Origin: Octopus vulgaris
Lineage: Eukaryota
Assembly: GCA_951406725.2 (NCBI GenBank)
Contig: OX597816.1
Span: 27,962,001 to 28,026,000 of the forward strand
Length of the DNA: 64,000 bases
Reading direction: 5' to 3'
Shown here: positions 25,804-38,239 of the stretch, piece by piece
Layout: every line of letters begins with the position of its first letter
How positions within the stretch are numbered: the stretch's first letter is position 1
The notes under the pieces: generated by a model
What the model saw: only the letters and a program-made list of their open reading frames with translations
The model's database searches: none
What the model was told of the DNA's origin: nothing
Made by a program: the position numbers and the translations under genes

Positions 25804-26004
25804 TATACATATATGTATACACGCGCACACAGACATATGTGTGTATATACGCACTTCACACTTACAGTCATATGTTTGTGTACCCATGTGTGTATGTTTG
25901 TATTATGTGTATGTGTGTGTCCGTGTCTGTCTGTCTGTGTCTGTGATAGACTGATAGTTTGTCGAAGGAAATACTTTACTATTCAAAAGAAAATGAACGC
26001 AGCG

Positions 26005-26215
26005 AGCTAAGCACAATTGTTAGCATGATGGCCAAAATGCTTTGCGCCATTTCTTCCAGGTTTTTACATTTTTTGCGTTGAAATTCCGCCATGGCTGACT
26101 TTGATTTCCATTTCTTGCAGCTCGTTATAACATGTATCAGCCAAGTACTGGAGTCGATGAATTGATATGCCCTCTCATCAAATTGCTAGTTTTGTGCCAA
26201 AATCAGGAAGAACTA
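26005..26215 (+). mobile_element. Degenerate Deu/Nin-domain-type SINE
   Basis: gcgagctaagcacaattgttagc...aaattccgccatggctgactttg...agtactggagtcgatg. Confidence 0.6.
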
Positions 26216-26839
26216 CTTATAAAATAAAATTTATAGAAATAAGCCAAATTTATTAATAATTAAATTTTATTATGTGTCTCAGGCTAATGTTAAATGGAAT
26301 GGAATATCAGAAGTTTTTAAAGAATAGTTTTTCTTATTCCCTTAAATGCACTTCAGTCATGAACAATTTTGTGAAATGTAGTTACTATGGGCTTATATAA
26401 GTAAATATTCCATTTTTGTGAGAGGGTAGTGTATGATCAGAGAGGGATTTCACACTTCTTTCTAGTAGACTAGTGCTATTATTAGTTCTATACAGAACAG
26501 AGGTTACAAATTTCTTGTCAGAAACTCCTAGTGATCGCTTGCCATGCTAAAACTATCTGCCAGATATGTCTTTAAAAAAACATCACATCGTCTCAAAAAT
26601 ACAGAACTCGTTAATCGTTTACATTTATAATTAAATAAGATGGGTTTATGAGAAATGACGTGATTGTTGCATTTGATATCTCATTGATCATAAAAATGTT
26701 CGATCTAATGTTGAGTTAAAAAGCAGCGACAAAACAACAACGAACCACCGGCGTAGATGGTGCGATCTCGCTTTTCCTGCTTCATTATTTTAGCCGAAAA
26801 CTCAACAGCAACAGCACAATGAGTAAGGTTGCCTTAGAT

Positions 26840-28933
26840 CAGAGGTTCTCAACATGGGTATGTCGAGGTGAACGGCGAGATAGCATAATTAACTTGCTAA
26901 GGTTACCTATAGTAGTAATTAAATTATACTTATTAAAACTAGTAATCGTCATTAAAATAAAATGAGGGATAAGTATATATCGCGGCTAAAGACATCTTTG
27001 AACAAGAATAATCAATATGATATATTTCTGCCTTGAACTGTATATTTTAGGCCTGCAGTCTTGCTTGTTCTCTTCGTATATTGTGATCTCAAATAGATTT
27101 TGTTTCGTCGTATCATTATATACAATTGCTGGTTATGTTTCCTTTTTAAAAAAATCATATGTTGAAAAAGAAAGTGAGTCATTAGTCAAGTGAATATGTA
27201 AAATACGGGTTTATTCCATCCATAAATAATGAGCTATTGACCCTATGATTAATATATGAAAAAACGTTTACAAAAAAAAAAAAATAATAAAAACCGTCTT
27301 ATTTTCAAAGGCTTGTTAACCAAACAAAACAGGCAAATATAGAAGGGGTTGGTTATGTCTTATGTACTTTCAAAATTTATTGCAAAATGTCAAAAACCAT
27401 TAGCGAAACACTTGTCTTACCAGCCATAAATGAAGTTTTGGATACTATGATTTGCCCACGAAAAATTGATGTAACACTGTCAATTCTCAGTAATAGATGA
27501 CATACCAAAAGATGTAGAGAGTAAACAATGAGATGCCTTAAAAAAAAGAAGATTTTTTATTCATAACTTTACGAGACAATGTATATTTGCTAATGGTTTA
27601 CGTATGTTATGTAAATGCAATACAGGAAATTATTGAAGAGTTTGTGGTAAACAAATGGTACTTGAAATACATGTTCTAAAATTTTCAAGTTTGTTAAAGA
27701 CTTTTTTAATGCTAAGAATATTCCTCGCACAACTATCATTCCATGTGCAACAGATGACGTGAAAGATAGGGTTGGCCGCTATCGCGGATTTGTAGTACAT
27801 CCAAAGGAAGCATTTCCACGTGTATTTGCTGTTCATTTTGTTATTCATCGACAACACTTAGCTGCGAAATATCTTAGTGGTAAACTACATAACGCGTTGA
27901 CTGAGATAATTAAAATAGTAAATAAAATCAAAACCACTTCCCTGAATGACATTATCGTTCGGAATCTTTACTATGAAAGAGAATTTAATTGCCTGTTTTT
28001 ATATACTGATGTGCGATGGCTCTCAAAGAGAAATTGTTAAAATTGCTTTTATGATCTTTATGATACTGTTTTAGAATGAATTTCTTAATTCATATGATGA
28101 GGACATTTATAAAAATCTAAGCAACGAAAGACATTTTCTCTAAATTAAATGAATTTAACATTTAGTTGCAAGGGAATAATAAGAATTTAATTAAAGTAAA
28201 GGGAATTATAAACACATCTATCAGCAAATTAGAATTTTTTACAGTTTCCAAGCCCACACAGAATAGAAAACAATGATAGCAGTTTAATATTATACACGGA
28301 TATTGATTGCTATTTTCGCATCTGCAGACATTGAAAGAAGACTTAATGATCAGGTTTAAAGATTTTTCCTGATCTTAAAGTACTTGATTGGGTCATAAAT
28401 TCATTTCTTTCTGATGTCTCTTCTGCTCAACTAAATTTACATCAAGTAATTATCGACTAAAAAAAATGATCCTGTATCTCAAGTATATTTTCAACAGCTT
28501 GGTTATGAATCTGTTTGGCCCCAAATGCAAAGCAAGTATTCTCAAATTTGGCAAGAAAATAAATTATTGTTTATTGATTTTCATTGTTCTTATTTAGTAT
28601 AGAAAAAATTCAGCGTGGCATTGCAATTGCTAACTAAGCATCGAAATAAATTTGCAATCAGTCAAAGAGGGAACATACGACTTCTTTTGACTCACATTGA
28701 ATATGATATAAAAAAATTAGCTAGATCTCATCAGGCACAAGGAAATCATTAACTTCCAATATGTGAAGTAAATTTTCAACTTTTGTCATTATACGTTTTT
28801 TATATCTCCTTCTTGAAGTAAAATTTATAAATTATCATCCATGTTAAATTAATTTAGTCCTGATGATCCAATCGCCACTAGGCAGAATAACGACTTAAAA
28901 AGGGACGCTACAAAAATGGGTTAACAACCACTG
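26840..28933 (+). mobile_element. hAT (Buster/Charlie) DNA transposon, full span but decayed
   Basis: TIRs CAGAGGTTCTCAAC and GTTAACAACCACTG. 8-bp flanks CCTTAGAT and CCTTATGT match at 6 of 8 positions and fit the nnnTAnnn Buster-type target. Contains a transposase relic. Confidence 0.9.
27164..28752 (+). pseudogene. Buster-type hAT transposase pseudogene (ZBED5/SCAND3-like family)
   Basis: Fragments EYVKYGFIPS, CATDDVKDRVGRYRGF, VHFVIHRQHLAAK (CxxH region), YTDVRWLSKRNC and RGNIRLLLTHIEYDIKKLARSHQAQGNH*, with many stops and frameshifts. Confidence 0.9.
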
Positions 28934-29739
28934 CCTTATGTACATTGTTAATAAAGAATAAACAGGATGGTCGCAATTAGTTTCCCTTTGCTCATCAAAA
29001 CTTTATTAAATTCATATTAAAACGTAAAACATTGTGTGTCGACGAACGCTTTTTTGTATACTATTTAGAAAGGCGAGCGTTGTGTAAAAATATCTAAAAT
29101 ATCATAGAATATCACCACGTGTTATGAAGTATTTACGAAAGTAGCATATAGATACAAGTATTGCAAGATGGCGAAGTAAATACGAAGCGAAAGAAATTAA
29201 TGAAAATTCTGCTTTTACTCAAACTAACCTAGAGCTAATACCACTATCGCCATAAAAAAAAACCACAACTAGAATGGCAACAAAATAACTTTAAATCCAA
29301 CAACGTCTATATATTTGCAAACATGATTCTTGAGGTCACAATTCTAGCAAAAGTTAAACATTGTTCCATAAAATAAAACAATTTTATGAGAATTTTTTAA
29401 TGGCCGACGGAAACATTAAGTTTTGAAAAGTTGCTCAACATAAATGTTTTTTTTAGCTTTACTTTCGTTAAATTAATGTAGTAGTGTGTATGTATGAGGA
29501 TATGTATGTAGCTACGCCTACATAAAGGAGAAGTGCTCACACATAAGTAAGCTCACACGTAAAATTCATGGTTCTATATAGGTTAAAATACTCAGTGTAG
29601 AAGTAACGCGAAAATATTGATTGTAGGGAAAAGACTGCAGTGTAACAATGATCTGTGAATTGATCAGTATGTATTACGTGATCAGAGACGGTCACTAAAC
29701 CGGGAGTCGTAAAACATTATAACTTCAATACTACAATAC

Positions 29740-29786
<47 letters not shown>

Positions 29787-29890
29787 AACGCATGTATACA
29801 AATGTACGTGCATGTTATGTTGCTTAGTTTATATACATGTACATTTATACGGGATTATTCTTTATAATTACATAAACACGCATACATATT

Positions 29891-29933
<43 letters not shown>

Positions 29934-30044
29934 ACACATACATACATATGTGTGTATGTGTAGTGTAGAAAGAAATATTGAGAATAATATTAAAACCTGG
30001 TGTCCCCAATCCTATATATATATATATAAGCATACATACATTAA

Positions 30045-30112
<68 letters not shown>

Positions 30113-30145
30113 TATAAATATACATATACATATATATATATATAC

Positions 30146-30187
<42 letters not shown>

Positions 30188-30234
30188 ATATATATATATA
30201 TATATACACATATATATATATATATATATATATA

Positions 30235-30438
30235 AAGTTAATCCAAACAAGAAAACAGAAAAAAAAAACACAGCAACGCGAGGACGTGGAACAAATAAAG
30301 TATTATTGGACGCTCAGGAAAGAAGGGAAGAAGGAGGGTTCAACGTTTCGAGCAGAGCTCTCCGTCGGAAACATAGGAGAAGGAAAGATCTCGAGAAGGG
30401 AAGACAGAGGAAAAAAATCGCTGGCGATACTCACGAGG

Positions 30439-30442
<4 letters not shown>
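30235..30442 (-). mobile_element. Short Penelope-type pseudo-LTR-like module, family B, with a hammerhead-like motif
   Basis: Homologue of 2222-2436, lying between (TA)n and (CA)n. Minus strand of 30338-30372 reads gttt-CCGACGG-A-GAGC(tct)GCTC-GAAAC-GTT-gaac. Confidence 0.7.
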
Positions 30443-30511
<69 letters not shown>

Positions 30512-30909
30512 CATTTATACATTGTATATATAAACCACAAATAGTTGGGAGTGTGAGAGGCGAATGCATTTATTTAACCGCTTATTATGCTTAAGATTAC
30601 GTCTGTTTCGCAGCCTTGATCGCGTAATAATAATTTCATTGCATGATAAATTGCCCTACATACCTGCATTAATATGCATGCTATGCATTGTATAATACAC
30701 TTGTATATTAACAAAATAGTGCAGATACAGAAATCAAGCCCATCAGATTATTAGAACATCATGATTGTACCGATCAGTCAATATATATATATATATATAT
30801 ATATACCGGAGTAAACACATAAATGTGAAACAAGGTGGAAAAAAGAGTAATCAAATACCAGTGGTAGAGTAATACGCTTTATTTAAAGCAGCAGAAAATT
30901 CAACAAAAT

Positions 30910-30947
30910 CTGTTACTCTGAGTTTCTCGTTGCCGTTCATCAGACAG
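30910..30947 (-). ncRNA. Type I hammerhead ribozyme motif, canonical core
   Basis: ctgt-CTGATGA-aCG(gcaa)CGa-GAAACTC(a)GAGTA-acag. Confidence 0.75.
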
Positions 30948-30970
30948 TTTTTGCCAGATTCTAGCAAAAA

Positions 30971-31008
30971 CTGTCTGATGAACAGCAATGGGAAACTCAG
31001 AGTAACAG
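30971..31008 (+). ncRNA. Type I hammerhead ribozyme motif, canonical core
   Basis: ctgt-CTGATGA-aCA(gcaa)TGg-GAAACTC(a)GAGTA-acag. Confidence 0.75.
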
Positions 31009-31477
31009 ATTTTGTTGAATTTTCTGCTGCTTTAAATAAAGTATATATAATGGCGGTGCCCCAGCATGGCCACAGCTCATGAGCTGAAACTAGAATCAAT
31101 CAATCATATATATATATATATATATATAAATATTTATATATATATATATCCACCTCTCTTATCTCTGGATATTTTAGGGTTAGTATATATAATTTCACAA
31201 AAGGGATCTTCTGGAGTTCAGCTGCATAGAACTCTTCATTATATCGTCCGTACTAGATTACTATGTTTTGTTTAGATGGGATCTGCCACAGGAGACTTAC
31301 ATGTTATCCAGTGGATCCTATGAGTCCATATATTATACAACGCCTAAAATAACCTACTCAACTTCCCAAGTAAGCGTCCAGCTAATGCCTATTTGTAATA
31401 TATACCTTTTTATCTCTGCTTTTATGCTGTTATAGTAAATTATATATACAGATATTGGTATTTATATATACATATAT

Positions 31478-31612
31478 ATAGGGAGAATTCACGAATAAAA
31501 CAAGATGAAGACAGGTGGTGTAGAAAACAAACAGATGTATTAGTATAACGCTCGGGTATTGAAAAAGTATTTAACGTTTCGAGCCTACGCTCTTCCACAG
31601 AAAGTAACACAG
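31478..31612 (-). mobile_element. Short Penelope-type pseudo-LTR-like module, family A, with a hammerhead-like motif
   Basis: Minus strand of 31567-31608 reads ttt-CTGTGGA-A-GAGC(gtag)GCTC-GAAAC-GTT-aaa. Abuts (TA)n. Confidence 0.7.
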
Positions 31613-32013
31613 ATTTTTTTTTACGTGAGGAGGAAATTAAAGCAAAGGCGTGAGAAGACGAAAATATGCGAGGTGGGAGAAGAAAATAAAAACAGAGAAA
31701 GAAGCGATGGAGATGGAACAAATAGAGAGAAAGTGGGGAGAAAGGGAGAAGAGAAGACGAAAGGAGAAAAGAAATGTAGGGAGAGGGAGGCAAAGTAACA
31801 GGTGGAGATTACAGAGAACAGAGTAAGAACAGCCAGAGTAGCAAGAAAGGACAAAAGGAATGAACAGAAAGTACAAGAAAGTTTAGAAAGTATAAAAATA
31901 ATAACATTAATAATAGTTCTACCTAAAGTTCAAAGAGTTCAAATGTTTCAGACGTCGCTGTGTGTGTGTGTGTATATATATATATACGAATATATATATA
32001 TATTTATACATAC

Positions 32014-32060
<47 letters not shown>

Positions 32061-32101
32061 CATATATATACAGACACACACATACACACACTCACACACA
32101 C

Positions 32102-32160
<59 letters not shown>

Positions 32161-32566
32161 GCGCCATGAAGTTAGTAATTCCAATTCATTTTCCGATCAT
32201 TCAGTTTCGCATTTCGGTCAAGCAATTTAGCATTCAAATGAGTCTGAATGCGACCGAGCGTCTTTTCGAGCATTCAAATTCGCAAGTGATTATTCGTGTT
32301 CGGAATAAGTTTATTCAATTTAGCACTAATTTTACATGTACTTTTAGTCATATTCTGAGAAGTGAATGTCAAAAATGAAAAATTTAAATCACATGTTTTG
32401 TCATGGAAATTTTATTATGTTGTTATAGCTACAAGGAAGAAATAAATTACGCCATGCTTCTAACACCATGGCGATAATTTTTTTCGCCACTTTGAATGAC
32501 CCGATTATCAAATTGCATGATAGACGATTGAATAGGAATTCAAAATTCTATATTAAATCAATCACA

Positions 32567-32656
32567 GCTGAACTTACCAATCGGTTTCGCGTAAAGAATA
32601 CAATGGAGTGTTAGATAATAATCCGATTATGTAACTTTACGCTGATAAGAGTTAGC
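32567..32656 (-). ncRNA. Degenerate hammerhead fold with a long stem II, 3' of the PLE endonuclease
   Basis: gctaact-CTTATCA-GCGTAAAG...CTTTACGC-GAAACC(gatt)GGTA-agtt(c)agc. All three stems pair, but the core differs from CTGATGA at two positions. Confidence 0.65.
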
Positions 32657-33448
32657 CGATATGGAAGGGAATATGGCGACTGCTCTCTATTGTTGGAGGT
32701 GGATTAGCACAAGCGATCAGCGGCTGCTGTGCGAAAAGGTGGTGAAACGAAAAAGGGTCAGGGGATAACATTAGGACTTATGTCCCTTGGTTGGGTATAC
32801 TCTGAAGTCGGTAAGAGTTATTTTATGCTGTACTCCCTGACACTTTATTTCAAAGCCCAGACGTGCGTGGCTAGAGTTGTAGAATTACGACTCTCTTGGA
32901 CGTTGATAGAAGACTTGTGGTTATTAAAGCGTGTTCTGAAGGGGCCTTCCGTTTCCCCCACATACTTCCGCACGCTCGGTTGTCCATTGATTACTGTGAC
33001 ATTTTCCACATAAACAACTGTCTCCATATTGCAGTGCCCGTTAAGTGGGCATGTTGTGTTACCCCTGCATGAGCATCCTGCCTCTGCTTCCGGTGTGGGC
33101 TTAAAACTACGAAAATCTTTTTTTACACTAGGGGTACAGCTAAAGAATAATCTTAGGGTACGTCTATTAATTATTTTGTTGAATCTATTGGGACGCGAGA
33201 AGTGTATATCAACTAAACTAAGGAAGATATTACCTACTCCGGTCTTAATGTTTAAAGAGGATGACGGTGTGAATCACAGTACTTTCCCTGTGGAGATTTC
33301 TCTTGTGTGGACTAGGGTCTGGCATGTAACTATTATTATCTTTGAAGCTGCTGGCGGTAGGAGCCCGGTTGCACTATGGGGCGGCAGCATGTAAGGAAAT
33401 ACAAGTTGGCGCGCGCCAACTTTACTGAAACCACACGTCCCCGGATTA
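32567..33448 (-). mobile_element. Penelope-like retroelement 3' fragment: RT-EN linker, Cys-rich motif and C-terminal GIY-YIG endonuclease
   Basis: Frame is open from 33273 to 32848, immediately after KVL*: FTPSSSLNIKTGVGNIFLSLVDIHF...KIINRRTLRLFFSC...GCSCRGNTTCPLNGHCNMETVVY...KYVGETEGPFRTRFNNHKSS...STTLATHVWALK. The 5' junction falls in (TA)n. Confidence 0.88.
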
Positions 33449-33486
33449 GATATATATGTGTGCGTGAGTGTGTATGTCTGTGGTTG

Positions 33487-33519
<33 letters not shown>

Positions 33520-34204
33520 ATATATATATGTGTGTATATATATAAACATATTTATATATATACATATATATATGTGTGTGTGTGTGTGTGTATACATATA
33601 CCTTAAACTACAATTTAATATACAAAGAACACCTGACACACACATGCATATAGAAACACATACGTACACGCACACACACATACGCACACACACATCCACA
33701 CACCCACACACACACATATATCACATGCATATTCATGTGAATGTATGTATATATGTGGTTCGTATATTGTAAGTAATGCAACGTTAGTATATCTTTCCCT
33801 CTCTTTCTTTTTGTCTCTCACTGTCTAGATTACTTATTTGTTGCTCACTGTGTCATGTGCCTCTCTACAGTCTTTCTAAAATCTTCTCCTTCACTTCCTC
33901 TGTCTATTTTATTTCTTTCTCTCTCTCCTCCTTCTCCTCCTCTCTCTCCCCTTCTTGTTGTTGCTGTTCTATCATTAGTTAACAAGCAAGTGAAACAAGT
34001 TGAAATGTTAATTGCCACTTAAACATTTGATTTCAATATATTTCTTCATTTGCATTTCGAAAATGGAAACTATTTTAAAATTCTTAAAGCAAGTTTGTTT
34101 TTCCCTTTTTAGGCAAACACACACACATCTTCATACTCAGATACGCACATGCAAGCTTGTATGCATATATGTATACATGTATAAATATTTATATATCGAT
34201 ATGT

Positions 34205-34268
<64 letters not shown>

Positions 34269-34524
34269 CCTGTATGTCGAGATGCACACTTGCATCTACA
34301 ATGATGCTTCATTTTAAAAACGGGGAAACACAATATATATATACTTGTGAGTTAAAATTTATAGTGAATCAGAGGCTCATTCTTACACGTATTTTCAAAC
34401 ACGTGAGATAAATGCAGAATTAATCAAGCAACAATTGTCTGTAGTCGTTTCCGCCACATAGCAGTTTCGATGATTTTTATTAACCAAAGAGTGTTACATT
34501 GTTCTGTATATGATCTCAAATACT

Positions 34525-34725
34525 GTTTCAAATTCTGACACAAGGCCAGCAGCTTTAGTGGATGTGGGTTAGTCGATTACATCAACGCCAGTACTTGACC
34601 ATTACTGTACTCTATTGAGACGGAGGAACGACATCAGCGGAATTTGGACTCAGAATGTGAAGAGTCGGGAAAACGACTGCAGAGCATTTTGTTCGACACT
34701 GATGATTCTGGTAATCCATCACCCC
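34525..34725 (-). mobile_element. Degenerate Deu/Nin-domain-type SINE
   Basis: tttcaaattctgacacaaggccagcag...agtcgattacatc...gcggaatttggactcagaatg. Confidence 0.65.
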
Positions 34726-34889
34726 ATACTATTTCTTGGACACTAATTTTTTAAAGGGAAATTACTTTATTCAAACCTGTAGCACCCAAGTGATATTAAT
34801 GCACAAAGTTTCTCAGAGCTTGGTAGCTCTGATGCGGAATTGGTAAGTCTTGAACTTTCAAGTGAGTTAACTGTAATAAGAGGAAATTT

Positions 34890-35315
34890 GGATCTTTTCG
34901 GTTTGAATGGCAGTTTTTTCTAGCGGTGTCATATGAAATTGTCACCAAAAATTATGACCCTAGTGTCGATCTATTGCATTTCAATCTCTTTTAGGGTTAG
35001 AGTTAGCTAGGGTTAGGAGTGGGGGGAAGGGTATCTTTTTTTATTCACAAATGTAAATAAACCCAATCTGTTTCTTAAACGAGGGACATATTAATACGGC
35101 ACATAATGTTTTTTACCTCAATGGACGGCAGTGATTGGTTGAAAATGCAGAAATTGAAGAAAAAAACAACAAATATCTTACAAACTATAGAATTTTCTCA
35201 ATAAAGCCAAGAGAAAAAGATGTTTTATAAACACATTCTACAAGTATATGAAGTTAAAATTTTTTTAGTTACCTAGAAATTATGTTAAACACTGCCGTTC
35301 AAACCGAAAAGATCC
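34890..35315. mobile_element. MITE, second copy of the GGATC...GATCC family, with an 8-bp TSD
   Basis: Collinear with 5406-5844. TSD GGAAATTT at 34882-34889 and 35316-35323. Confidence 0.93.
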
Positions 35316-35907
35316 GGAAATTTTTCTAATGAGATTTTAATATATAAAACTTTTTATTTACATAAAATCTGTCAAAAGGATGATGGAATGGTAAAATGTG
35401 GTAAAAAGTGGTAGTAGAGAGCCATAATAAATAGACCAGTAGTCGGTCGACAGACAGAAGGTTAGGAAGGTCGAGAGTACGGGTAGACTGTGTTGATTGT
35501 CGTGTCTGTGCCGATATAGTAATTATGCTGTGATACTGAGTGGACGTTATATAGGTCCAGCCTTTCAGGATAATAGCACTGTACGACTGGGGGTCGTACA
35601 GTGACAGATGGAAACATTCTATCGATGACTTCCGAATATAACAATATCTGTCCGCCACAAGCGTCGTCAAAAGACAGATACAAAAGTGGTAAAAGACTGC
35701 TTTACCACAGGTTTCTCAGTTTTCAATTTGGAAAGAGACATTTTCCCTCTTCACCAGAATGAGCATAAATCCTTCTGCTAATGGAAGCAAAACGCTGAAA
35801 TTAAGTGAATAGTGAAATTAAGTAAATTTAATAAATGTGAAAACGTAAATGTACCTAACTAGGTAGGAGGCAGCATTTTTAGAGTTAACTTGTAGTATTA
35901 GTGTGCT

Positions 35908-36120
35908 AAAGGCGGCAGAATCGCTAGTACGCCGGGCAAAAAAGTAGTAGCATTTCCTCTATCTTTGTGTTCTGAGCTCAAATGCCATTGAGGTCAATTT
36001 TAGCTTTCATACCTTACGAGGTCTCAAAAACAAGTACTATTCAAGTACTGCGATTGATGTAATGGACTATTCCTGTCTCAAAAAATATTTAACGCACAGA
36101 ACCTGCAGCGGAAAGATTAT
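35908..36120 (+). mobile_element. Degenerate Deu/Nin-domain-type SINE
   Basis: aaaggcggcagaatcgctagtacgccgggcaaa...gttctgagctcaaatgcc...gaggtcaattttagctttcat. Confidence 0.65.
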
Positions 36121-36331
36121 TGCAGTAAAGTCCACGTTTATAAAATAGTTTACTTATTAATATAATATAGGGTGGATCAGATAGTTCATATGTGGACATC
36201 GTATAAGTAATTAATGTGGAAAGATATTACAGCTAATTAGTTCATATGTGGTAATGCTGAATTACTAATCAAAATCAGTTCAGTCCTGATGAGATGCATG
36301 TGTGTGACAGTGCGCGCGCACAAAGACAGAC

Positions 36332-36423
<92 letters not shown>

Positions 36424-37315
36424 CGACATCAACAAATTTGTAAATAGGAAGAGCCGTGATATCTTTATAGACAGATACACAAACACGTCTAAATATATGA
36501 TCGTTTACGTCTATAAATACGCAGGTATATCGCAATTAGAGACTGACACAGCATAGACCATAACTCAACTGCATGAATAAAGTATACCTTGTTGACAATA
36601 ATAGGAATGAAGAAAATGATAAATGCATATTACAACACGTCAGAAAATCATAAAATATGATAAATTATTTATACAACGTATCCGCATAATGCCACGAAGT
36701 GAATATCGAAGTTCTGATGAATAATTAGTAATTCTTAGAAAATGTTACAAAATAGTTAACATATGATCAGTCATATAAATGAGAATAAATTTGAATAAAT
36801 GATCAATACAGATATAAATAATTGATGAAGTCCTCATTTGCAAGATAAGTAATGCGAATGTAATAATACTGAAAAGGAATTATTTAAACTGAATTGTAAA
36901 ATTAAATCGGTATTTATGACATTATTATTTGCAAGTTAATTCAAGATAACGTCAGTTACAAATACAGCAATATGTATATGTAGGAATCTTAGCGCTGTAT
37001 ATAATGACATTATTAATGAGCAATTTCTGAATGAATATGACATAAGAGAATAAGTATATGTACATGCTATTTCAATAATATCATATCACATCATTGATGA
37101 TATATAATTAGCTGATATAAGGCGGCGAGCTGGCAAAATTATTAACACACCGGACAAAATGCTTAGCTTGCTAATTATTCAGAGAATTGTTATGGTGTGA
37201 AATCAATGGTAGCCTTTTAAACCGATAAATAAAAAATATTTTTCCACCAATGAGTGTTGAGCACTTATTCTCACTGTTCGATATTATCTTATCTATATAT
37301 CATGTATATGCATAA

Positions 37316-38214
37316 CTAGCTGACGTACCCGGCAAAACGGGGCATATCCTTAGGTTCCGCTACAATAATTGTTTCGCTAATCCAATAAGAGCAATACAAA
37401 GTATGTAACCCTTAAAACGGTTTTTGTGTATTTGCAGAGAATAGCGAACTGTCTTATACAAGATCTTGTTTTTAAGAAACCCCAATAAGTTATGAATACT
37501 CAAATTGTGAAGGCAGTTATGTCATAACATGAAATTAGTTACCCGACAATAAGAATTCAAATAAAGTAGCCCCAAAAAGGGCGTTAATGCATTCTCAAAG
37601 TATATAGAACATAGGAAGAAATTCTAATAGGGTATGTATAGTAAAATCGTGAAGTATGTTACGTAATAACAGGCTAATCAGATATGAGATAATAACAATT
37701 CAAAGTAAATAACTCTGAAAAGGGCTTTTGTGCGTTCCCAGAGAAGATTACTCCTAGGGGCACTAGTGTAGGTATATTCGTAAATAAGTCACTAACCGAA
37801 ATATGTGGATCTATTGTTTCGGAAAATACTATTATTTCAGGGTTCTACTGGATAAATTGCGAAAATGAATCTAACAGTTCAAATACTAAAAAATAAGCAT
37901 ACTCAATTTGATTTATACTAAATAATTTAAGAAAAGGAATGGGTTATTTCCCTGTTGTATATATAAGGGTCTATTTCAGGGGTGATTGGGTTACTTCCTT
38001 TCTCTTCTAAAATAAAATATATTAGATATATAAAAAGATCCCTTCCAGGGGCTCTATTATCGATTTTTCAACAATTTGAGTATGTCATGAGGTTTCCAGG
38101 CATGCGTTCCACTCACGTATCAAGTTTCATCAAAATCGATAAAACGATGTAGGAGGAGTTAGCTAACAACTCTACATACGCACCCACAGAAGAATTTCCG
38201 ACATATGTAGTAGA
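37316..38214 (-). mobile_element. Non-autonomous Helitron-like element
   Basis: On the minus strand the 5' end is A|TC at 38214, and the 3' end is a cccg(ttttgc)cggg hairpin followed 8 nt later by CTAG|T at 37316. There is no TSD. Internal degenerate repeats of about 150 bp are present. Confidence 0.72.
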
Positions 38215-38239
38215 TGTATATTGTTTATCGTTTATCTTC

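Larger units (their letters stand above)
30805..31041. mobile_element. Inverted pair of Penelope-type pseudo-LTR ends, family C
   Basis: Arms of 78 bp at 30877-30954 and 30964-31041 with a 9-nt spacer, flanked by (TA)n. Homologous to 51950-52035. Confidence 0.8.

Noticed and set aside
32158-32477. Possible MITE with cgccatg..gttag inverted ends
   Set aside because: The match is short and imperfect, there is no clear TSD, and there is no second copy in the window.
33274-33276. In-frame TGA in the PLE ORF as possible selenocysteine
   Set aside because: It aligns with the conserved Trp of the WFxPP motif (TGG to TGA), not a Cys. The copy has other stops and frameshifts.
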